NCBI GenBank assembly: GCA_002869065.1
Contig: PKTR01000001.1
Coordinates: 83,118-115,117, forward strand
DNA length: 32,000 nucleotides
From: Hyphomicrobiales bacterium
GTDB lineage: Bacteria > Pseudomonadota > Alphaproteobacteria > Rhizobiales > Rhodobiaceae
Direction: 5' to 3'
The first letter of the stretch is position 1; each line of letters begins with the position of its first letter. Made by a program: the position numbers and the translations under genes. The notes beneath the pieces were generated by a model. The model was given only the letters and a program-made list of their open reading frames with translations. It made no database searches and had not been told where the DNA came from. Positions 25,618-32,000 of this stretch are shown piece by piece.

Positions 25618-25793
25618 CCGTTCTCGATCTGCCCGGCGCGATGTTGAGTGACGTCTGAATTTGCGGCACTCTCACGCGCCGGCGCATTGTCGGCGATCCA
25701 AGCCGAGCGCAGGTTGCACGCGCTTCCTGCAGTCGCACACCCGCATGATCCCATTCATCGCTCGTTCAGCGATGATGCCCTAAACCGCGTGAC

Positions 25794-26102
25794 ATGATGC
25801 TCAAACGCGCATTCCGCAGCTATTTTGTTGTTCCGCTGGTCGCGATCTTTCTGACTCTGTCAGTTGGTGGCGCCGCGTCGGCTGCCTGCCTGAGCAAAGG
25901 CGAAATGCGCGCCCTGATAAATTCGGGAGCGGTCGTTCGCCTCGCTGCCGTTCGCAACAAGATTCGCGGGGAGATCGTGAACGTTCGCCTGTGCGAACGT
26001 GGCGGTACCCTTTTCTATCGCGTCACCGTTCTCAAGGGGAACGGCAATGTCATTCGTGTCCGCTTCAACGCGCGCAGCGGCGCCCGTATGGGACGGAACT
26101 GA
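25794..26102 (+). CDS. Secreted PepSY domain protein
   Basis: Signal peptide VVPLVAIFLTLSVGGAASAA. The body is a PepSY-like fold (GEIVNVRLCERGGTLFYRVTVLKGNGNVIRVRFNARSG). It lies upstream of the two-component pair, which is a common arrangement. Confidence 0.75.
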   Translation: MMLKRAFRSYFVVPLVAIFLTLSVGGAASAACLSKGEMRALINSGAVVRLAAVRNKIRGEIVNVRLCERGGTLFYRVTVLKGNGNVIRVRFNARSGARMGRN

Positions 26103-26147
26103 CGCACCTCCATTTGAACGAAACGCGCCTTGTCGAAGGGGAAGCCA

Positions 26148-26819
26148 GTGCGCATTTTGCTCGTAGAAGACGATCCGGACCTCAACCGGCAGATGCGTGC
26201 GGCTTTGACCGACGCCGGCTACGCGGTCGATGTCGCGTTTGACGGTGAGGAAGGACATTTCCTCGGCGACACCGAGCCGTACGACACCGTCGTGCTCGAT
26301 ATCGGCTTGCCAAAGATGGATGGGATCAGCGTCCTCGAACAGTGGCGGCGCGACGGGCGCACCATGCCTGTTCTCATTCTGACTGCGCGCGACCGGTGGA
26401 GCGACAAGGTCGCCGGCATCGACGCCGGCGCCGACGACTATGTCGCAAAGCCCTTTCACATTGAGGAAGTGCTCGCCCGGATCCGCGCGCTGGTGCGTCG
26501 TGCGGCGGGGCACGCATCGGCCGAAATCGAGTGCGGGCCTGTCCGTCTCGACACCCGCACCGGCCGCGTGGCGGTTGACGGCAACCCGCTGAAACTGACC
26601 TCCCACGAATACCGGCTGCTTGCCTATCTCATGCATCATCGCGGCCGCGTGGTCTCACGCACCGAACTTGTCGAGCATCTCTACGACCAGGATTTCGATC
26701 GGGATTCCAACACCATTGAAGTGTTCATCGGTCGCCTGCGCAAGAAGCTCGGCGTCGACGTTATCGAGACCATTCGCGGTCTCGGCTATCGGCTGGTGAC
26801 GCCGGAAGAGCAGGCGTGA
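26148..26819 (+). CDS. OmpR/PhoB-family response regulator
   Basis: (M)RILLVEDDPDL...DTVVLDIGLPKMDG...PVLILTARD...DDYVAKPF, with a winged-helix C-terminus (LTSHEYRLLAYLM...IEVFIGRLRKKL...IETIRGLGYRL). GTG 26148 is preferred over TTG 26130. Confidence 0.95.
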   Translation: MRILLVEDDPDLNRQMRAALTDAGYAVDVAFDGEEGHFLGDTEPYDTVVLDIGLPKMDGISVLEQWRRDGRTMPVLILTARDRWSDKVAGIDAGADDYVAKPFHIEEVLARIRALVRRAAGHASAEIECGPVRLDTRTGRVAVDGNPLKLTSHEYRLLAYLMHHRGRVVSRTELVEHLYDQDFDRDSNTIEVFIGRLRKKLGVDVIETIRGLGYRLVTPEEQA

Positions 26820-26892
26820 GGAACGCCATGGCGCCGACATCGTTTCTTGCGGGCACGCTGCCGGCTTCCGGACGGTTCCGTCGGGGAGTGTG

Positions 26893-28275
26893 ATGTCCGG
26901 TCAGCCCCAATCGCTTGCTTTCCGTCTGCTGTTCACGGCCGTGCTCTGGAGCGCGGTGACGCTGGTGCTCGCCGGTCTCTTTATCACGACACTTTATCAA
27001 CGCTCGGTAGAACGCGCGTTCGACGAGCGTCTCGGTGTGTATTTGAAGGTTCTGATCGGCGAACTGACTTTTGACGCCGATACGTCCGCGGAACTCCCCG
27101 ATCCCGGCAATCTCGGCGAGCCGCGCTTCGCGCTGCCCTTGTCGGGCTGGTATTGGCTGATATCGCGCGCCGATACCGCTGCCATCGTACTGACGTCGGA
27201 GTCTCTGGCCGGCGACACGCTGGCACTCCCGGCACCGAGCGAAGCGGCTGCGACAGGGTCCCGCCCCTGGAAGGGCTATGGCATCGGACCGGGCGGGACC
27301 GAATTGCGCATCTTGTCCCGCCGCATCACTTTCCCTGACAACACCGCCTATCTCGTTACGGTTGCCGGCAATGCCGATGATATTCGAAACGAGATTTCGG
27401 GCTTCCGCTACAGCGTGGCTGGTGCTCTCGCGCTGCTCGGTATCGGGCTGGTGATCGGCATCATCCTGCAGGTCCGTATCGGCCTGCGGCCGCTCGGGCG
27501 GATGCGCGAGGCGCTTGCGGCGATCCGCACCGGATCGAAGGACCGCCTCGATGGGGAATATCCCCGCGATATTGCGCCGCTCGCGAATGAACTGAACGCT
27601 CTCATCGAATCCAATCGTCAGGTGGTGGAGCGCGCCCGCACCCATGTCGGCAATCTTGCGCATGCGCTGAAAACGCCATTGAGCGTGATCCTCAACGAAT
27701 CTCGTGCGCAGAGCGGTCCGCTCGCGAACAAGGTCGTCGAGCAGTCGGAACAGATGCAGGACCAGATCGCACATCATCTTGAACGCGCGCGAATGGCCGC
27801 ACAGCGGCGTATTATCGGCGCAGTTACTTCCGTCGGGCCGGTCGCGACCCGTCTGGTGCGCGCGATGCAGCGGATTTACGAAACCCGCGGGCTCGATATC
27901 CGCATGATTGGCGACGAGAGCCTGCGTTTTGCCGGCGAGCAGCAGGATCTTGAAGAAATGCTCGGCAACCTCCTCGACAATGCCTGCAAATGGGCAAAAG
28001 GGGAGGTTGTGGTGTCGCTCCGCGGCGTGACTGAGCGCATCGGCGGCGATCGCGCGATGCTACGCATCGAGGTTGCCGACGATGGTGCCGGACTGACACC
28101 CGAACAGCGCCGCGAAGCACTCAAGCGCGGCAAGCGCCTGGACGAAACCGTGCCGGGCTCCGGCCTTGGATTGTCGATCGTTGCCGAACTTGCCGGACTC
28201 TATGGCGGGCGGCTGTCGCTCGAGCAGTCCGAACTGGGAGGATTGGGGGCGGTGCTCGAATTGCCGTCCGTATGA
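26893..28275 (+). CDS. Two-TM HAMP sensor histidine kinase, partner of the preceding regulator
   Basis: TM1 is LLFTAVLWSAVTLVLAGLFITTL. TM2 plus HAMP is ALALLGIGLVIGIILQVRIGLRPLGRM. H-box HVGNLAHALKTPLSV; N-box LLDNACKWA; G-boxes DDGAGL and GSGLGLSIV. Confidence 0.95.
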   Translation: MSGQPQSLAFRLLFTAVLWSAVTLVLAGLFITTLYQRSVERAFDERLGVYLKVLIGELTFDADTSAELPDPGNLGEPRFALPLSGWYWLISRADTAAIVLTSESLAGDTLALPAPSEAAATGSRPWKGYGIGPGGTELRILSRRITFPDNTAYLVTVAGNADDIRNEISGFRYSVAGALALLGIGLVIGIILQVRIGLRPLGRMREALAAIRTGSKDRLDGEYPRDIAPLANELNALIESNRQVVERARTHVGNLAHALKTPLSVILNESRAQSGPLANKVVEQSEQMQDQIAHHLERARMAAQRRIIGAVTSVGPVATRLVRAMQRIYETRGLDIRMIGDESLRFAGEQQDLEEMLGNLLDNACKWAKGEVVVSLRGVTERIGGDRAMLRIEVADDGAGLTPEQRREALKRGKRLDETVPGSGLGLSIVAELAGLYGGRLSLEQSELGGLGAVLELPSV

Positions 28276-28411
28276 AACTGCGAATTTTGACCCAATTCGG
28301 CCACGAATCTGTGCGACCGGGTTGGTGAAACCTGTGGGGTGGGATGCAGTAGGGTTTCCTTCACGTTTCGAGGCTTTTATCGAAGCATGGCGTCCCCGAA
28401 AGTGAGGTATT

Positions 28412-28885
28412 ATGGAGATGAAACTCGCGAGGGTTCTGGCTATCGCTGTGGTTGGCGTCGGCCTCGTTGGATGTAACGAAGTCGGCCCCAAGCAGGGAAT
28501 CGGCACGGTGGCTGGCGCAGTCGCTGGCGGCGTGATCGGCCACCAGTTTGGCGGCGGCACCGGAAAGGCGGTCGCAACTGCCGCAGGTGCTGTGATCGGC
28601 GGCCTGATCGGTTCCGAGATTGGCAAGGCGCTGGACGATGCAGATCGTCGCGCTGCCTATGAAGCCGAGATGCGTGCGCTCGAATTCAACCGTTCGGGAA
28701 CCCCGGTGAACTGGCGCAATCCCGACAGCGGCAATTATGGTGAGGTGGTGCCGGGTCCGGCCTATCGTATCAACAGCCGTCAGTGTCGCGATTACACCCA
28801 TACAGTGTACATCGCCGGCCGGCCTGAGGTCGTCCGCGGCACCGCCTGCCGGACGCCCGATGGAACGTGGCGGCAGATCTCCTGA
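28412..28885 (+). CDS. 17-kDa surface antigen / glycine-zipper lipoprotein
   Basis: Lipobox VGLVGC. Glycine zipper GAVAGGVIGHQFGGGTGKAVATAAGAVIGGLIGSEIG. The C-terminal domain has CRDY...GTACRTPDGTWR. Confidence 0.85.
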   Translation: MEMKLARVLAIAVVGVGLVGCNEVGPKQGIGTVAGAVAGGVIGHQFGGGTGKAVATAAGAVIGGLIGSEIGKALDDADRRAAYEAEMRALEFNRSGTPVNWRNPDSGNYGEVVPGPAYRINSRQCRDYTHTVYIAGRPEVVRGTACRTPDGTWRQIS

Positions 28886-28920
28886 TCGAACCGCGCAAAG
28901 ACCTGAAATTCCAGCGGGAA

Positions 28921-28949
28921 GGGGGCGATCGTTCGCCCCCTTTCTTTTT
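28921..28949 (+). terminator. Rho-independent terminator GGGGGCGA-TCGT-TCGCCCCC + TTTCTTTTT
   Basis: A perfect 8-bp GC stem, a 4-nt loop and a T-rich tail, 36 nt after the lipoprotein stop. Confidence 0.8.
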
Positions 28950-29135
28950 GCCTGTATTGTCGCACTGCGAAAAACCCGAATGCGCGGGTGCCCGGCAACG
29001 GCTGGAACTTAAATGGGAAATCAGCGCTGCGGGGCGTTGCGCTAATTGAATGTTAAGTGCTTTTCGATTTGATGGCCGGGAATCCTGCGCGTCATCGGAT
29101 GCGGGGCCGTTCACCCGGGTACTTGTTTATCGGTC

Positions 29136-30527
29136 ATGTCGAAGAAACTGCAGACATTCATCGAGGAATTGTCGCCGCAGGCGAGACATATGCTCGTGGC
29201 CAGCGTCGAGGCCGCGAAAAATCGTGGCGAAAGCCAGCCGCAATTCGACATGATTCTGTCCTTTGCGCGCCCGCTGGTGCGAAAAAACGGCGTTGAAAAA
29301 CCGCGCCGCGATCATCTCATGCGGTCGTTCTTCGACCCATTCACCCAGTTTCTCTTCGACGGTTCCAGCGGTCTGAAGTTTCCCGGCAGAATTGCCCGTA
29401 GCTCGCTCAAACCGATCTGGATCTGGATAACCCGCGATGTTGTGCCGGGTCGTGTCGACCAGTTGATGCACGAGTTCAATCTGAAATCGGGAAATTTCGA
29501 GGAGTCGGACATCGCCGCATGCGGTGAAAAGCTGCGTGGTGAAGTACTGCCGACAGTCCGCGCGCATCTCAAGGAACTGCGGGAAGTCCCGCGAGGTTAC
29601 GCGCGGCTTGCGTCGCAACTCGGCGGCATGTCGGTCATCAAGGATCTTGAGGATCTGCTCGCGATCGATGCCCGCTACCCGGTGCTTGCCGCTGTCCTCG
29701 AACAGATGCCGGACGTGATCACGGCGCACGACATCGAAAAGGATAGTCCGGTAACGAACCGCATTCGCCGCTTCCTGACCGAATCGTCCGGTGACGGCGA
29801 CTGGCTGGCGGTCGCACTGTTGGCGAGGCTGGACCACCCCGCGCTGCTGGTCCCGCTTGCAGTGGTTCTTGGCGGCACCGACAACGGCAAGGCGCTGGCA
29901 TCGACGCCGTTCTCGGTCTTCGTGCGCCTCGCGCTTCACCAGCTCGAATACGCCGTCGCCAAGGTCCAGCATGACCTCCACGTGCGCGTGCCGACGGACC
30001 AATTGCTCGAATCGCTGCGCGCCTACCACCTGGTCCAGCGCAAGCTCGCGGTCGAAATAGATCTAGACTCGGCGCCCGACTGGTTTGCGATCGTAGCCAG
30101 CGCCCGGCGCGATATCTCCGAAGCGATCAAAGCCCAGATCGAACCGGTCGCCGGGATGGTCAACCGGACACTGCGGCACAATCCTGCAAACGAAGCCAGC
30201 GCGCGTTTCGACGACTACGAGGCCGAGGATGCCGAGCGTGGCCTCGCAATCCTCGCCGAGGTTCGCCGTTGCCGGGAGAGCTTTGCCCTCAACGAAGTGC
30301 TGACGGTGACCTGGCGGCGTGTCGAGCAGGCGCTCGAGCTGTTATCGGCAGCGCTGCTCGAAACGTTGCGCAAGTCGACCGGCCATGCAGCGGAAGTCGT
30401 CGACAGGAAACTCGCCTCCGCGCTGCATTTCTCGTCGATGGTCTTTGGCGAGGAGTACACCAAGACGATGCGGCGCAGTCGCGCCAACGCGCTGCAGGCT
30501 TCGTCGAAAAAGGCCTCAAACGGCTAG
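29136..30527 (+). CDS. Hypothetical 463-aa soluble, predominantly helical protein with no domain I can recognise
   Basis: Long ORF with the codon bias of its neighbours. The antisense ORF 29127..30029 is R-rich shadow. There is no clear SD, and an AT-rich leader lies upstream. Confidence 0.7.
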   Translation: MSKKLQTFIEELSPQARHMLVASVEAAKNRGESQPQFDMILSFARPLVRKNGVEKPRRDHLMRSFFDPFTQFLFDGSSGLKFPGRIARSSLKPIWIWITRDVVPGRVDQLMHEFNLKSGNFEESDIAACGEKLRGEVLPTVRAHLKELREVPRGYARLASQLGGMSVIKDLEDLLAIDARYPVLAAVLEQMPDVITAHDIEKDSPVTNRIRRFLTESSGDGDWLAVALLARLDHPALLVPLAVVLGGTDNGKALASTPFSVFVRLALHQLEYAVAKVQHDLHVRVPTDQLLESLRAYHLVQRKLAVEIDLDSAPDWFAIVASARRDISEAIKAQIEPVAGMVNRTLRHNPANEASARFDDYEAEDAERGLAILAEVRRCRESFALNEVLTVTWRRVEQALELLSAALLETLRKSTGHAAEVVDRKLASALHFSSMVFGEEYTKTMRRSRANALQASSKKASNG

Positions 30528-30779
30528 GTTTTCAAGCCCTTCGATAATCGCAGAAGCGGAAATGCCGCGACCTTTTGGCACTTTCTTGCCCGTTGCTGTT
30601 GCCCACCGGCCTAAGCCGAACTACCTCTTCCCCGACAACTCGCGAACCGGCAAGCGCAGTCCTACGGATTGAGCCGCGCTCGCGGATATGCCATTGGCTG
30701 CGCGAACAGGGGCCATTGTCGACCATTGTCGGCATGGTTGCCTGAAGTGTTGTTTGGAAGTTGGAAAGCGCCGGTGACG

Positions 30780-31961
30780 ATGACGTTTTGGGCTATCTTG
30801 GCCGCATTGACGGTGATTGCGATTGCGGCGGTCCTGGTGCCGCTGCTGCGCGCGCGGGTTTCGGTTGCCTCGAAGTCCGAACACGATGTGGCCGTCTACA
30901 AGGATCAGCTCGGCGAGATCGATCGAGACGTCGAACTCGGCACGCTCAATCCGCAGGAGGCGGAAGCCGCACGAAGCGAAGTGGCGCGCCGTCTGCTGCG
31001 CGCGTCGCGCGAGGCGGACGAGGGCAGCCCGCGAGGCAGCAGCGGGGGTCGCCGTCTCGCCGTGATTGGGCTGGCGCTCATCGGCGTACCGGTGCTTGCG
31101 GGCGGGCTTTACTGGTCGCTTGGCTCGCCGCAGATGCCGGATCAGCCGCTCGCCGGCCGCCTGCAAAACGTGCATGGCGGCAATGATATCGCCGCGCTCG
31201 TCAAGCGGATGGAAAACTTCCTCGCGGAAAACCCGGACGACGGCCGTGGTTGGGCCATCGTCGCACCGATCTATCTGCGCATTGGCGCAACCGAAAAGGC
31301 CATCACCGCCTTTACCAACGCGCTACGCTTGAACGGCCCGAACGCCGATCTCGAAGCCGGTCTCGGCGAGTCCCACGTCGCCCAGGAAGACGGAACCGTG
31401 ACCCCCGAGGCCCGCGCAGCGTTCGAACGCGCGGTCAAACTCGATCCGAAGGCCGTTCGTCCGCGCTTTTTCCTCGCCGTTGCGCTCAACCAGCAAGGCA
31501 AGCACGCCGAATCCGTTGCTGCCTGGGACGCGTTGCTGAAGGACGCGGATCCGGAGGCGCCGTGGGTGCCGTTTGCCCAACGCCAGCTCGCGTCGGCTCG
31601 TCAGGCCGCCGGCATGGCGCCAGTGACGCCGGCAACACCGCCGGCTCAGGCCGCAGCTAAATCGACGGATGGCGCGCGCGGACCGACGCCGAGCGCTGAA
31701 GACGTCGCACGTGTTCAGGCGATGGCGCCGGAAGATCGCCAGGCGATGATCCAGAACATGGTCAGCGGACTGGCCGAACGCCTCGAAAGCGATGGTGGTA
31801 CGGTCGACGAATGGTTGCGTTTGCTCAATGCGTACGGTGTGTTGGGCAAGAAGGACGAAGCAGTGGCCGCGCTCGCCAAGGCGCGCGCCGCATACGCTGA
31901 CGACGCGGCAGCGCTTGAACGGTTGGCCGCGATCGGCAAACGTCTCGGTTTGCCGGAATAG
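30780..31961 (+). CDS. ccmI: Cytochrome c-type biogenesis protein CcmI (CycH)
   Basis: N-terminus MTFWAILAALTVIAIAAVLVPLLR, then VYKDQL.EIDRD...G.L...EA.AAR.EV.RRLL, a second TM (LAVIGLALIGVPVLAGGLYW) and TPR-like repeats. Start trimmed from the ORF-track 30669 to ATG 30780; GTG 30774 is also possible. Confidence 0.85.
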   Translation: MTFWAILAALTVIAIAAVLVPLLRARVSVASKSEHDVAVYKDQLGEIDRDVELGTLNPQEAEAARSEVARRLLRASREADEGSPRGSSGGRRLAVIGLALIGVPVLAGGLYWSLGSPQMPDQPLAGRLQNVHGGNDIAALVKRMENFLAENPDDGRGWAIVAPIYLRIGATEKAITAFTNALRLNGPNADLEAGLGESHVAQEDGTVTPEARAAFERAVKLDPKAVRPRFFLAVALNQQGKHAESVAAWDALLKDADPEAPWVPFAQRQLASARQAAGMAPVTPATPPAQAAAKSTDGARGPTPSAEDVARVQAMAPEDRQAMIQNMVSGLAERLESDGGTVDEWLRLLNAYGVLGKKDEAVAALAKARAAYADDAAALERLAAIGKRLGLPE

Positions 31962-32000
31962 GTGATGTAATCTGGGGCTGGGGCTCGACACATGACCGTG

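Noticed and set aside
8801-25700. Interpreting the head-tail cluster as an integrated prophage
   Set aside because: There is no integrase, repressor/antirepressor, replication module or endolysin, and no flanking direct repeats or tRNA. The gene order and specific families (GTA-gp10, rcc01693, DUF2460, DUF2163, P60, g15) are diagnostic of RcGTA-type GTAs.
25755-25775. 8-bp inverted repeat TCATCGCT-CGTTC-AGCGATGA just upstream of the PepSY gene
   Set aside because: It is short and has no U-run, and I could not find a second copy or any link to a known operator. It could easily be chance, so I did not promote it to a feature.
31992-32000. ATGACCGTG at the window edge as the start of the next cytochrome c maturation gene (ccmE/cycJ-like)
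   Set aside because: Only three codons are visible, so the call cannot be supported from this window.
1-32000. Search for CRISPR arrays, tRNA/rRNA genes, IS elements/transposases, and long tandem or interspersed repeats
   Set aside because: I saw no repeat-spacer periodicity, no tRNA-like T-loop/acceptor pattern in the intergenic regions, no transposase-like ORFs and no terminal inverted repeats. This was a scan by eye only, so short or degenerate elements could have been missed.

Overview
High-GC (roughly 63-65%) alphaproteobacterial, Rhizobiales-like chromosomal window. I saw no rRNA, tRNA, CRISPR array, IS element or integrase. The centre (about 8.9-25.6 kb) is a complete, co-directional RcGTA-type gene transfer agent (GTA) / HK97-like head-tail cluster. 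In order it encodes a TerS-like HTH protein, large terminase, portal, a g3.5-like small membrane protein, prohead protease, major capsid, gp6-like connector, head-tail adaptor, DUF3168, major tail protein, GTA-gp10 chaperone, an rcc01693-family protein, a short tape measure, DUF2460, DUF2163, an NlpC/P60 peptidase and a ~1300-aa g15 host-specificity protein. These are followed by a DUF2793 fibre-like protein and two small ORFs, one holin-like. The left flank carries a PleC/DivJ-type PAS histidine kinase (5' end probably off-window), a peptidoglycan-binding protein, DUF1491, DUF2336, a lipoprotein, a minus-strand class A PBP-DUF1214-DUF1254 operon and ycgN. The right flank carries PepSY plus an OmpR-type response regulator and HAMP histidine kinase, a 17-kDa-antigen-type glycine-zipper lipoprotein with a clean intrinsic terminator, an unrecognisable 463-aa protein and ccmI/cycH. 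The points most worth a second look are all in or next to the GTA cluster. (1) An AT-rich island holds a near-consensus promoter, phased direct repeats and a terminator hairpin plus U-run ending 1 nt before the first GTA gene, which suggests an sRNA or an anti-termination-gated leader. (2) An in-frame TAG cuts the prohead protease off from its conserved C-terminal tail. (3) The g10/g10.1 junction looks like a G/GT-style -1 frameshift site. (4) The conserved N-terminus of TerL has no canonical start codon outside the upstream gene. (5) An AT-rich insert carries a translationally coupled 56-codon ORF that falls below the ORF-track cutoff. All family names come from my recognition of sequence motifs, not from database searches.
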